Source: Escherichia phage ECO340P1
Direction: 5' to 3' (one strand)
Sequence record: OP172791
Length of the DNA: 64,000 bases
Shown here: one piece after another, positions 42,515 to 52,081 of the stretch
How the letters are laid out: every line of letters begins with the position of its first letter
Position numbering within the stretch: position 1 is the stretch's first letter
Notes under the pieces: generated by a model
What the model was told of the DNA's origin: nothing
The model's database searches: none
Seen by the model: the letters and a program-made list of their open reading frames with translations, nothing else
Translations under genes and position numbers: made by a program

Positions 42515-43459
42515 ATGGGACAAATAATTCTTGACAATCGTAACGGAATCAATTATAGTGTCTGCGATTTCCATAGGGTAGTGCTGCCTTACTCAAGGCA
42601 GTTCTCTTCACAACCTAAATACAACGTTTTCGTTTTTAACGGAGTGCCAACAAAAGGTAAAGAGGGCTTTTTAGCCCTTAAAAACCTAGGCTTTAAAATG
42701 GTTATGGATTTGGATGACTCTTTAGTTATTCCAAAAGGACACATGTTAGAAGGTATTTTTGAATCAGGTATTCGTGAACATTTAAAATGGTTTTTAGAGC
42801 ACAGTGATCTTGTTACAACTACGACACCTGCCTTGCAAGTTGAACTTTCACAATACAATGATAATGTGCACATAATCCCTAATGGACTTCCTTATGACGA
42901 AGGTCAATTTGTGTTGACCCGTGATCGCTACTCCAAAACTCCATTAGTCTGGGCTGGAAGTGAAACACATAAGCAAGATTTGGCTATCTTGCCCGATTTT
43001 GGTAAAGATCTTACAATATGTGGTTTTCGTAGGGATTCTGAAGTTTTAAGTAGTCGTGAATGGTCTGTAATCAGAGAAAATGTAGCACCAACTTGTGTTT
43101 ATGAAGGTGTAAGACCATATGCCAACTACATGGAATCTTACGATGGTCATCAAATCAGTCTTGCGCCACTGATTGATAACGTGTTTAATAATGCAAAAAG
43201 CAATCTTAAAATTCTTGAGGCAGGTGCTAAGGGTTTACCTTTGATCTGTTCTCCTCGTGAGAATTATCATACACAAGAGTTTAAAGATCTGTTGTTCTTT
43301 GCTGAAACACCTTCCGAGTGGAAAGATATTACGGAATACTTATTAAGTGCTCCCGATGTTTGCATGGAGAAAGGATTAGCATTAGCTAAGTATGTCAGGA
43401 CTCATTATCACATTGATGTGTTGAATGAGCGTCGTAGACTTTTATTTGAGGAGCTATAA
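42515..43459 (+). CDS. glycosyltransferase-like protein, tandem paralog B
   Basis: Paralog of previous gene (CD(Y/F)HR, DLDD, KSNLKILEAGAKG(I/L)P(I/L)ICS). Confidence 0.55.
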   Translation: MGQIILDNRNGINYSVCDFHRVVLPYSRQFSSQPKYNVFVFNGVPTKGKEGFLALKNLGFKMVMDLDDSLVIPKGHMLEGIFESGIREHLKWFLEHSDLVTTTTPALQVELSQYNDNVHIIPNGLPYDEGQFVLTRDRYSKTPLVWAGSETHKQDLAILPDFGKDLTICGFRRDSEVLSSREWSVIRENVAPTCVYEGVRPYANYMESYDGHQISLAPLIDNVFNNAKSNLKILEAGAKGLPLICSPRENYHTQEFKDLLFFAETPSEWKDITEYLLSAPDVCMEKGLALAKYVRTHYHIDVLNERRRLLFEEL

Positions 43460-43737
43460 TGATTAACACTTTTGATTTTGAATACACCACTCGTAACGGG
43501 AAAGCCTTAGTTGTGGAGGTGGATTACTATTATGAAGAGCCTAACCCGCTTTCTCGTGAAAGTGATTGGGATTACCACGGAGGGCTTTTAATTGACGGTA
43601 TTCGTTTTTATGAAGGCTCTACAGAAGTTTTTGAAAAAGATTTAAATGTAACTGTAGCAGAAATTGCTTTCCAATTTAGAAAGCATATGGAAGAACTAGA
43701 AGCAGAATATATGATGGAGACTAACGAACCATTTTAA
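43459..43737 (+). CDS. hypothetical protein (92 aa)
   Basis: ORF with SD. Confidence 0.55.
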   Translation: MINTFDFEYTTRNGKALVVEVDYYYEEPNPLSRESDWDYHGGLLIDGIRFYEGSTEVFEKDLNVTVAEIAFQFRKHMEELEAEYMMETNEPF

Positions 43738-43749
43738 CAGGAGAACAAA

Positions 43750-45528
43750 GTGTCGCACATTATAACTAAATATGGATTTGATGTTGATCTTAGCAAGGAA
43801 GGGCATACAGGTTGTCCGCGCTGCATGAAAAATGGCAAGGATCGCTCTCGTAATAACCTGATGGTTTATGGATTAGATTCTAATGGAGAGCATAAAGGTG
43901 CTAAGTGCTTTGCGTGTGAATACACTATTCCTAGCGTAGAATGGTTACGAGAAAATGGTGAAGTTTTAGAAGAAGAGGAGGAGATTGTGGGTTCGGAATT
44001 TAATAAACAGATTCATCGTAAAATTGTTCAAGAAACATCAACCAACCCACGTGGTTATCGAGGAATTAAAGAAAAAGTTTCATCTTTCTATGGTGTTCGT
44101 TATGAATACCGTCAGGAAGGGGATCAGATGGTAGTAGAAAGTTGTTTATATCCGACTACTATCGGTAAAGAATTGGTTGGTTTTAAGCGTCGTATTCATC
44201 CTAAAGATTTCAGTAAACCTATTGGTCAAGTAGGTAAAGATGTAGATCTTTTTGGACAAATTCGTTTTGCAGACCGTTCTCATACTGTGGTAATTACAGG
44301 TGGTGAACACGATGCTCTGGCAGCTTATCAAATGCTATCTGAAAACTTGGACAACAAGTATGAACTTCCAGCAGTAGTTAGTGGCACAACTGGTGAAACC
44401 AGTATGTATAAACAAGTTCAGGCACAATATCCTTTCTTTGAAAAATTTAAGAAGATTATTGTTTGCATGGATAATGACAAAGCAGGTAATGAAGCATTTG
44501 AAAATATTGTTAAGGTGCTGCCTCGTAACAAAGTCTACCGTATGCAGATGGATCTTAAGGATGCCAATCAGTATCTGGAAGAAGGTCGTGCAAAAGATTT
44601 CGTAAAAGCTTTTTGGAGTGCTCGTCTATACACCCCAGCAGGTGTTTATGCTTCTAATGTCTTGTATGAAGCTGCATTAGAATGCTTGGAATCCAAGATG
44701 ATTACCTTGCCTCCTTTTATGCGTGTAGCTGCAAACATGCTGGGTGGTGGTTTAGTAGAGGAAGAGATTACAGTCATCCTGGCAAAGACCAGTATCGGTA
44801 AAACTTTAATGGTGAACGAGATCACCAAACATATTATTGTTGCGCACCCAGAACATACCCTAGGTATCCTGTCCTTGGAAGCAACTTATAAGAAATATTC
44901 TCGTAACCTGTTGTCCTCGTTCCTGCATATTCCTCTACACAGGAAAACACCGGAAGAGAAATTTCAAATCTTGGAAGAGAATAAAGAAAAAATCCTAGAT
45001 TTTTACGAAAGAGAAGATGGATCACCACGTTTTTATGTGTGTGATGATCGTGGAGCAGATGTGGAGTCTATCAAAGAAAAAGTTTTGGAGATGATCATCT
45101 ATTTTGGAGTAACAATTCTTGTTATCGACCCTTATTCTGATTTGCTTTCTGGTATGGATGTTCAAGCCCAGGAAGAGTTAGCAACATGGTTGAAGCGCAT
45201 CATGAAAGAGTATGCTATAACTATTATCGTCATCTCACACGTTAAGAAATCGGCTAATGGTGGCAATGAACACTTAACAGAGGACGATGCAATGGGTAGT
45301 AGTTTCTTGGCTAAAGGTGCTGGTATTACCTTGGCTTTGGAACGAGATAAAGCCGCTGAAGACCCTGTAGAACGCAATACGACTCATTGCTTTATCCTAA
45401 AAAACCGTGAGTTCTCGGAAACTGGTCCGGCAGGGCAGTTTTACTATGACATTAGAACTGCAACTCTGCATGACAAAGAGCAGTATTTCAACAATCCTGC
45501 TAATTTGCCTACGGATAGCAACTATTAA
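43750..45528 (+). CDS. DNA primase/helicase (T7 gp4-like)
   Basis: GTG start after SD AGGAGAA; Zn-binding CPRC..CFAC, TOPRIM (GGEHDA, MDNDKAGNEA), Walker A AKTSIGKT. Confidence 0.85.
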   Translation: MSHIITKYGFDVDLSKEGHTGCPRCMKNGKDRSRNNLMVYGLDSNGEHKGAKCFACEYTIPSVEWLRENGEVLEEEEEIVGSEFNKQIHRKIVQETSTNPRGYRGIKEKVSSFYGVRYEYRQEGDQMVVESCLYPTTIGKELVGFKRRIHPKDFSKPIGQVGKDVDLFGQIRFADRSHTVVITGGEHDALAAYQMLSENLDNKYELPAVVSGTTGETSMYKQVQAQYPFFEKFKKIIVCMDNDKAGNEAFENIVKVLPRNKVYRMQMDLKDANQYLEEGRAKDFVKAFWSARLYTPAGVYASNVLYEAALECLESKMITLPPFMRVAANMLGGGLVEEEITVILAKTSIGKTLMVNEITKHIIVAHPEHTLGILSLEATYKKYSRNLLSSFLHIPLHRKTPEEKFQILEENKEKILDFYEREDGSPRFYVCDDRGADVESIKEKVLEMIIYFGVTILVIDPYSDLLSGMDVQAQEELATWLKRIMKEYAITIIVISHVKKSANGGNEHLTEDDAMGSSFLAKGAGITLALERDKAAEDPVERNTTHCFILKNREFSETGPAGQFYYDIRTATLHDKEQYFNNPANLPTDSNY

Positions 45529-45547
45529 GGGCTTCGGCCCTTTTATT
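45529..45547 (+). terminator. rho-independent terminator after primase-helicase
   Basis: GGGCTTCGGCCC followed by TTTTATT. Confidence 0.7.
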
Positions 45548-45558
45548 AAAAATACCTG

Positions 45559-45587
45559 TTGACAACTTTGCGGAAGGGACTTATACT
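45559..45587 (+). promoter_or_regulatory. strong sigma70-type promoter for 45621 / MTase / DNA polymerase
   Basis: TTGACA 45559-45564, N17, TATACT 45582-45587; same hexamers as promoter at 9315. Confidence 0.6.
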
Positions 45588-45620
45588 TGTCTCATCAACC
45601 AAACAAGAGGAGAAGTAAAA

Positions 45621-46052
45621 ATGCGTATGACAATCGATCTGAATGCAAAAGTTAAAGCTGCTGGTGCTCTGGGTGCTGGTGTTATTAAACACAAACAAGC
45701 GTTGGCATTTGCCATCCCACATATGATTGTTGAGGATCATCCTGAAGAGTTTGCTGTAAAAGTTGTTGAGAACAATGTCTCTGTTATTGAACATCTTCCA
45801 ACTGGACGTTCTTACCGTGTTGTTTCTTCTAAAGGTTTCCGTTTCGATGTAAGCCCTTCTTTCACAAAAGGTGCTGGTCGTAGTAAAGTGGGTATTCTTT
45901 CTTACAAATATTATATCGATAAAGTTGCAGATGGTGTTGCATTCTGTCGTGTAAGTGAAGGTAAAGTAGATATCATCTTTAAAAATACTAAAAACATGGT
46001 TATTTCTGATGATGGTAAAGTTGACCTCACTATTGAGTTCGCTAACAACTAA
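45621..46052 (+). CDS. hypothetical protein (143 aa)
   Basis: ORF with SD AAGAGGAGAAG directly after strong promoter. Confidence 0.55.
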   Translation: MRMTIDLNAKVKAAGALGAGVIKHKQALAFAIPHMIVEDHPEEFAVKVVENNVSVIEHLPTGRSYRVVSSKGFRFDVSPSFTKGAGRSKVGILSYKYYIDKVADGVAFCRVSEGKVDIIFKNTKNMVISDDGKVDLTIEFANN

Positions 46053-46061
46053 GGAGGACTA

Positions 46062-46856
46062 TTGAGCAAGTTGAACACACTTGATCAATATTACACTAAC
46101 CCCGCTTATGCGGGGTTCTTATGTGATAAGATCAAAGAAATTTTTGGAGAGGAAGCTAACTACGTAGAACCATCTGCGGGAGAAGGAGCTTTCTCTTCTT
46201 GTTTTAAAAACATAACTTCTTTTGATATTGACCCTAAGTTTGAAGATTGTATTGAGGCAGATTTTTTAGCTCAATCTGTTGAGTCTGTTGGTAGTGTAAC
46301 TGCTTTTGTCGGTAATCCTCCATTTGGAAAAAATGCTAGTCTTGCCATTAAATTCTTTAACCATTGTGCTGAAATGCTGGATAACGAAGGTGGTATTTGT
46401 TTTATCTTGCCTCGCACATTTCAAAAAATCTTTTTTGCACACAAGCTAAATCCCCATATGCATCTTCTTTACGAAGAAGAATGTCCAAAAGGATCTTTTA
46501 TTCTTCATGGAGAACCTTGGGATGTTCCTTGTGTATTCCAGGTATGGATTAAACGCAACGAGAAGCGTTCTCCCGTTGTTTTAGGAGAGAATCGACTATT
46601 CGTATTAGGTAACAGTAAAGACTACGATATAGCCGTTAGGAGAGCGGGAGCAAGTGCAGGTAAAGTGTTATCAGAAGAAGATTCTTTATCTGAAGCATCT
46701 ACCTATTTTTTAAAAGCCTTGACTTCTGATCTTAAAACGCGTATCATTGAGGCTTACCCGTTACTTAAAGCTGAAGCTAGTAAAACTGCGGGAGTAAGAA
46801 GTTTAAGTTTAAAAGAACTTCAGTGGGTTCTGGAGAACATTAGAAAGGAGGAATAG
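46062..46856 (+). CDS. DNA N6-adenine or N4-cytosine methyltransferase (gamma-class-like)
   Basis: TTG start after SD AAGGAGG; motif order QYYTNP, EPSAGEGAF, VGNPPFG. Confidence 0.75.
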   Translation: MSKLNTLDQYYTNPAYAGFLCDKIKEIFGEEANYVEPSAGEGAFSSCFKNITSFDIDPKFEDCIEADFLAQSVESVGSVTAFVGNPPFGKNASLAIKFFNHCAEMLDNEGGICFILPRTFQKIFFAHKLNPHMHLLYEEECPKGSFILHGEPWDVPCVFQVWIKRNEKRSPVVLGENRLFVLGNSKDYDIAVRRAGASAGKVLSEEDSLSEASTYFLKALTSDLKTRIIEAYPLLKAEASKTAGVRSLSLKELQWVLENIRKEE

Positions 46857-49453
46857 TGAGTAAGTTTACATGGGATATTGAAGCAAACGGATTGTTGAAT
46901 AATGACACTATTGATTATTTAGCTAGTCCTTATCGTCTCAAAGACACATTTCAAATGCACTGTATTGTCTTAGAGAACCATGAAACAGGAGAAATAGTAG
47001 CTTTCCACGATGGCCCTAAATACATCTTTGATGGGCGTCCTTACGAAGAGTCAGATGGTAAATACACATATGTTCTTAAAGAGTATGTGGCGCAAGATTA
47101 CACACATTTTCAACTAAAAGATTTCCCAGATTTTATTAATCATGAAGGTTATTTTAAAGACAAGCCTGAATATCTAGTTGAAATGGCTGTGGCTCACAAC
47201 GGTATCAACTACGACTGGTTGGCTACAAAACTGTTTTATGGATTAGATTACAGTGTTAAATATAATACGTGGGGCAAAAATAAGGTAAAACTTATTGACT
47301 CCTTGATTTTGAGTAAAGTGTTAAACCCAGATCGAAAGATTGAGGGCAAATCAGGACATAGCTTGGCAGCACTTTCTCGAAAAGCAGGTGGTGATGTAAA
47401 AATAGATTTCCGTAAAGAGATTCCAGAAGAAGATCGATTTAAGACTTTTGCTGCGGATATGCTTTATTACTGTATCTATGACAACAAAGCCAATACGAGC
47501 GTATATAATTACCTTATGGAAGAATGGGGTGATTATGATAAATGGGAAGGTCCATTTGAACTTGAACAACGTGTAGCAGACATTATTACACGCCAGGAAC
47601 ACCGTGGGTTTGCTTTTAACATGAAACAAGCAGAAGAGAACCTTGCTTTTTTGGATGCAGAAATGGAGCGTCTTCGTTTACTCGTTGAGCCTATTTTGCC
47701 ACCTAAACCAGCAACAAAAGGTTATCTTAAGGCTTTTATTCCACCTAAGTTGCAAATTAAAAAGAACTTAGAGCCAACTAACCATATGATCAATTTTGCT
47801 AAGAAACATGATGGTCATTTGGAAGAGAGGGATGGCGATTGGTGGTTAGTTATGTTGGGGAAAGAGTGGAAACTGCCAGTTGCAGCAGATGAGCCTCTAT
47901 GTGATCCTAACATTCCTGCAACATTGAACGATACAACCCATATTAAAAACTGGCTTGTAGGATTAGGTTGGGTACCGTCTGAATATAAAGATAAAGACTT
48001 GACGCTTAAATCTGGCACCAAAATTAAAAAGAGCGAGGAAGAACTTCAGAAAGGTATTAGAGCTTACGTTGAGCAAACTCTATCTTCTAATTTTTGTCAG
48101 GATCGTTGTGATCATCTGGAGTGCACACCGGAAACTTTGGAAAGGAAGATTCAAGAGCGTATAGCAAAAGGTAAAGGTCGCGGTCTTAAAGTATTGACTA
48201 ACCCATGTTTTACCAAAGGTCAGGAAAAAGAAATTTGTCCTAACCTGCAAGCTTTGGGTGAGAAATTTCCTTATGCTACACAGATTGTAGAATACTTAAC
48301 GTATAAGCATCGTAGGAACTCTATTTTAGGTGGCGGTGCTGATTGGGAAGAAGATGAAGAAGATCAAGAATACGATAAAGGTTTCTTAGCCGCAGTAAGG
48401 GCGGATGGGCGTATTCCTACACCAGCCGCTACATGTGATGCTGCAACCTCTCGTATGAAACATAGATCTGTAGCTAATATTCCTCGTGTCACATCTTTGT
48501 TTGGATGGGAGATGCGTAACTTGTTTGGTGTAGAGGTTCCTAAATACTTCCAGATCGGCTACGACTTCGACTCTTTGGAAGCAAAAATTGAATCACATTA
48601 CTGTTGGCGGTACGAGCCGGAGCCACACGAGTATTGTAACGCTCTGTTGTTAGAGAAACCTAATGATGTTCACACAATGATGGCAAAACGTATCACTGAA
48701 ACTATTGGACGTAAATTTGAACGTAGTCCTGCTAAATCTGTTAAGTATGGTATTACCTATGGTGCACAAGCCGACAAGGTTGCTAAAACAATTGGTAGCG
48801 ACAAGTTTACAGGTCAATTGGTGTTCGATGCTTTCTGGGAAGCTGCATTCCCATTGGCGCGTCTTAAAGAACGTTTAAACGATTTCTGGGTTAAGACTGG
48901 TAAACAATATGTTTTGGGTATTGACGGTCGTAAGGTTCCTACTCGTTCTGCTCACGCGATTCTTAACTCTCTGTTCCAAAGCGGTGGGGTTATCTGTGCT
49001 AAACGTGCAATGGTTATTTATGATGACATGATCGAAGAAGAAGGGCTAAGTGTTGACTTCTTTAAAGATGACTGGAAGAATAAAGACTTCGTGCAACAAA
49101 TGATTGCATATCACGATGAAGCCCAGCTTGAAGTTTCTCGTAACCTTGTAGAATTCAAATGGTTTTCACCTGAATCATTAGGTTGGAAGAAAGTAGACGA
49201 TCCTGAAGAACAAAAGAAAATTGATAAAGAATGCCTTGCTAAAGTCGAAGAATGGAAGCATAATAAGGAAAAAGAGACAGGGCAAATTTGGGCTAACATT
49301 CATGAATCTCCCAAAGGTGGATGGTTTACAGCCTATAGTCGGGCAGGTGAACTTGCTGCTTTAGCTGTTACTAAAGCTGGAGAATTTTACAATCTTAATG
49401 TTCAGCTTACTGCTGGATATGACGTGGGGAATTCCTGGGCCAGTTGTCACTAA
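46856..49453 (+). CDS. family A DNA polymerase with 3-prime to 5-prime exonuclease
   Basis: GTG start after SD AAAGGAGGAA; Exo I WDIEANGL; motif A GYDFDSLEAKI; motif B RSPAKSVKYGITYGA; motif C YHDEAQ. Confidence 0.9.
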   Translation: MSKFTWDIEANGLLNNDTIDYLASPYRLKDTFQMHCIVLENHETGEIVAFHDGPKYIFDGRPYEESDGKYTYVLKEYVAQDYTHFQLKDFPDFINHEGYFKDKPEYLVEMAVAHNGINYDWLATKLFYGLDYSVKYNTWGKNKVKLIDSLILSKVLNPDRKIEGKSGHSLAALSRKAGGDVKIDFRKEIPEEDRFKTFAADMLYYCIYDNKANTSVYNYLMEEWGDYDKWEGPFELEQRVADIITRQEHRGFAFNMKQAEENLAFLDAEMERLRLLVEPILPPKPATKGYLKAFIPPKLQIKKNLEPTNHMINFAKKHDGHLEERDGDWWLVMLGKEWKLPVAADEPLCDPNIPATLNDTTHIKNWLVGLGWVPSEYKDKDLTLKSGTKIKKSEEELQKGIRAYVEQTLSSNFCQDRCDHLECTPETLERKIQERIAKGKGRGLKVLTNPCFTKGQEKEICPNLQALGEKFPYATQIVEYLTYKHRRNSILGGGADWEEDEEDQEYDKGFLAAVRADGRIPTPAATCDAATSRMKHRSVANIPRVTSLFGWEMRNLFGVEVPKYFQIGYDFDSLEAKIESHYCWRYEPEPHEYCNALLLEKPNDVHTMMAKRITETIGRKFERSPAKSVKYGITYGAQADKVAKTIGSDKFTGQLVFDAFWEAAFPLARLKERLNDFWVKTGKQYVLGIDGRKVPTRSAHAILNSLFQSGGVICAKRAMVIYDDMIEEEGLSVDFFKDDWKNKDFVQQMIAYHDEAQLEVSRNLVEFKWFSPESLGWKKVDDPEEQKKIDKECLAKVEEWKHNKEKETGQIWANIHESPKGGWFTAYSRAGELAALAVTKAGEFYNLNVQLTAGYDVGNSWASCH

Positions 49454-49471
49454 TCTAACGTATTGTTTTAT

Positions 49472-49492
49472 AAGGGGCTTCTGCCCCTTTAT
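49472..49492 (+). terminator. possible terminator after DNA polymerase
   Basis: AAGGGGC-TTCT-GCCCCTT with short T tail. Confidence 0.45.
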
Positions 49493-49502
49493 AGGAGAAG
49501 AT

Positions 49503-49694
49503 ATGAGTTACGATTTAGATTGTTTTGGTATGCCTTACCTACCAGATGAATTTGAAGGTAAAGAAGAACGTGAATGGGACGATGGGGATATCCGTTGTTG
49601 GTCTTGTGGTAAAGATATGTCTTATGAACAACATATGCACAATGATGGTTTCTGCATACATTGCTATAATGAAATTGATCTGGAGGAAGATTAA
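49503..49694 (+). CDS. small Cys-rich protein (63 aa)
   Basis: ATG 49503 with SD AGGAGAAG; CWSCG and CIHC motifs. Confidence 0.45.
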   Translation: MSYDLDCFGMPYLPDEFEGKEEREWDDGDIRCWSCGKDMSYEQHMHNDGFCIHCYNEIDLEED

Positions 49695-49861
49695 TGGGAA
49701 ATGGTATCATGATTTGCTATAAAATTGTGCGTATTGTCGGAGACGAAATTACCACTCGGTATTTTATGATAGAGTCTCAAGCCGATGAGGTTTACAATGA
49801 CTGGCTTGAAAAAGGTGGATACGATTTTGTATCTAAAGAAACTTTCCGTTTAGAAGTATAA
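49694..49861 (+). CDS. small hypothetical protein (55 aa)
   Basis: Unlisted ORF with SD TGGAGGAAGA; TAATG overlap. Confidence 0.4.
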   Translation: MGNGIMICYKIVRIVGDEITTRYFMIESQADEVYNDWLEKGGYDFVSKETFRLEV

Positions 49862-49871
49862 GGAGAAAACA

Positions 49872-50090
49872 ATGCGTAAATTAGTGAGCTTTAATGTTTC
49901 AATTCTTGTTGATGAACAAAATGAAGATGTTATTAAAGGTCTTGCAAATAAGATTGCAGGTGGAATGACGGAAGCTGAAGTGTGGGAAGAATGTGCTCGA
50001 CTTTATGAGGAAGGTGTTATTGAGGTCTTGGGGGATGAGATTAATATGGACGATGTTGTAAAAGTAACTGTGGAGCGTATCAATGACTAA
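49872..50090 (+). CDS. hypothetical protein (72 aa)
   Basis: ORF with SD AAGGAGAAAA. Confidence 0.5.
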   Translation: MRKLVSFNVSILVDEQNEDVIKGLANKIAGGMTEAEVWEECARLYEEGVIEVLGDEINMDDVVKVTVERIND

Positions 50091-50676
50091 ATCAAAACAA
50101 ATCAATATTGCCAAAGAAATTCTTACCGTATTAAAGATCGCTGATCCTAATTCTGTCTTGGCTGGCGGTGCTGTTCGTGATTGGCGTATTCTTGATATTG
50201 CTGGACGTGATCTGGATTTCTATACATCCCTTCCTGCACATCGGACTGAAGAACAAATACAAGGATTAATTGCATCTGCTTTAATGGGAACCAATATTCG
50301 TAAACTAGGAAACAAAGAGGCTTCTGACAATTATGAAGGTGTTACTGGTCTTAAACACGTTTTTGAGTTTGAACGTGATGGTCAGCTTTGCAACCTTATG
50401 ATTATGGAACCAAGCGTAATGACAACCTTTCTAAATGAGTTCGATCTGTCCATCTGCCAGGCTGCATTTGATGGGAAGGATTGTTATTATTCTAAAGATT
50501 TTGAAACAACCTTGGAAACAGGGATCTGCTTCTTGCACAAAGACGTTAGAGAAGATGCCAAACACGTTATTAAAATTGCTACACGTTTCCCATATCTTCG
50601 TTTTGTGAAAGAGGTTAAGGTTCCACGTCCACCTCAAGTAGATACCAGATTGGAAGAAGATGATATTCCTTGGTAA
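50083..50676 (+). CDS. minimal nucleotidyltransferase (Pol beta superfamily, CCA-adding/poly(A) polymerase head-like)
   Basis: Motif LAGGAVRDW..LDIAGRDLDF matches CCA-type head domain GGAVRD...D.D. Confidence 0.6.
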   Translation: MTKSKQINIAKEILTVLKIADPNSVLAGGAVRDWRILDIAGRDLDFYTSLPAHRTEEQIQGLIASALMGTNIRKLGNKEASDNYEGVTGLKHVFEFERDGQLCNLMIMEPSVMTTFLNEFDLSICQAAFDGKDCYYSKDFETTLETGICFLHKDVREDAKHVIKIATRFPYLRFVKEVKVPRPPQVDTRLEEDDIPW

Positions 50677-50683
50677 TTAAAGC

Positions 50684-50713
50684 TTGACAATATTAAACAT
50701 TTTATGATAGGAT
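50684..50713 (+). promoter_or_regulatory. sigma70-type promoter for 50722
   Basis: TTGACA 50684-50689, N18, TAGGAT. Confidence 0.45.
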
Positions 50714-50721
50714 AGCATTCA

Positions 50722-51114
50722 ATGACTGAACGTTCTAAGATAGCTGTTGAAACTGTTTATGGAAACTATACCAGTTTGACACTAGTTGAGAAAAATGTTG
50801 TAGGTCTTGACAACTCTTTTTATTTTCAAATTTTGGTTATTCAAGGTGGAAACAAGAAGCTAACTGCTCGTGTTGAAACATCTGAAATAATTGAAACCAC
50901 TGTTACAAACAAAGAATTCATTTCACTGCAAGATACAATCCGAAACGTTATAGACGAAGAAGGCAAAGCTGCCACAATTAAACTCGGAGGTTTCCCAGTG
51001 CAAATAGTTCATTTTCCTAATGGTGAAATTGGAGTTGGAATAGGTAAAGGTAAATACCTGTTAGAGCAAGATGATATGGAAAGACTCCGTTCTTTCTGTG
51101 CAAAATTAATGTAA
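50722..51114 (+). CDS. hypothetical protein (130 aa)
   Basis: ORF after promoter TTGACA-N18-TAGGAT; weak SD. Confidence 0.5.
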   Translation: MTERSKIAVETVYGNYTSLTLVEKNVVGLDNSFYFQILVIQGGNKKLTARVETSEIIETTVTNKEFISLQDTIRNVIDEEGKAATIKLGGFPVQIVHFPNGEIGVGIGKGKYLLEQDDMERLRSFCAKLM

Positions 51115-51130
51115 TGTAGAGGAGATAATA

Positions 51131-52018
51131 ATGTCCGTAATTAATACTGAAACTGATCGTAAAGGCAAAACCGTAACTTATGCAACTGGTATCGTAGACT
51201 ACGTTAAACTGGATAAATTCGCTGAACCTAAAACTTTTCATTGGGAAGGAAAAACGATTGTTTCAACTCACCGAGCTTCTCTTGTTCTGAAAGAGAAAGG
51301 TGCTAAACCAGATGAGAAAGGTGTTTGGATTTCTCTTGGTGACATTGAACTGAAAGAAGGTTATGAAAACCTGCAAGTCAAAGAAGGTGATAATTGGATC
51401 ACTATTGAAAAAGGTGTAGAAGTAAGTATTGATATTGATCGCGTTGATAATAAAGGCGGTAAAACTTACTACAATACTAAAAAATCTCGTATTACAGTAT
51501 TGTCTACCGATGGTGTTCAGAAGTCTAACAAATCTTCTGGCAATAAAGGTTCCAACGATGCTGCTCCTAAGCAATCCTATAAAAAACGTGATACTGTAGG
51601 TCTGGAAACTGGTCACGCAGTAAATGGTGCACTGGAACTGATTCGTAATGGTGTTAAAGGCGATGCTTTCGATATCGCTGGGGTTGTTCAATCTGCAACT
51701 GTCACGCTGAAATCGGAAATTGCTGAATCTCGTGGCGTTGATATTAATGATTATGATCTTGGGGCATCTGTTGGTCACGCTATTCTTAATGCTTGTAAAG
51801 ACCATACCATTAAGACTGTATCTGTAGAAGATCTGATTGACTCTGCTCGTAAAGTTCTAGCTCTGTCTGATAAAGTTGCTGCTGCCATTCGTGGTTCCGC
51901 AGAACAACCTAAGAAAGAAGAGAAGAAAGAAGTTAAAAAGCCTGAACCACAACCAGAACCAACTCCAAGCAATCAAGAAGAACCTCCAATGGACTTCGAT
52001 GATGATATTCCATTCTGA
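51131..52018 (+). CDS. single-stranded DNA-binding-like protein with SSB-type acidic C-terminal tail
   Basis: C-terminus PPMDFDDDIPF matches E. coli SSB tail; Lys/Pro/Glu-rich linker before it. Confidence 0.6.
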   Translation: MSVINTETDRKGKTVTYATGIVDYVKLDKFAEPKTFHWEGKTIVSTHRASLVLKEKGAKPDEKGVWISLGDIELKEGYENLQVKEGDNWITIEKGVEVSIDIDRVDNKGGKTYYNTKKSRITVLSTDGVQKSNKSSGNKGSNDAAPKQSYKKRDTVGLETGHAVNGALELIRNGVKGDAFDIAGVVQSATVTLKSEIAESRGVDINDYDLGASVGHAILNACKDHTIKTVSVEDLIDSARKVLALSDKVAAAIRGSAEQPKKEEKKEVKKPEPQPEPTPSNQEEPPMDFDDDIPF

Positions 52019-52051
52019 TCTTATTGATTTATAAAGAGTTTTTATAAAAGA

Positions 52052-52081
52052 AAAGGGAACCTTTGCGGGTTCCCTTTTTTA
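52052..52081. terminator. bidirectional terminator between convergent SSB-like and tail fiber genes
   Basis: AAAGGGAACC-TTTGC-GGGTTCCCTTT with A/T runs on both sides. Confidence 0.7.
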
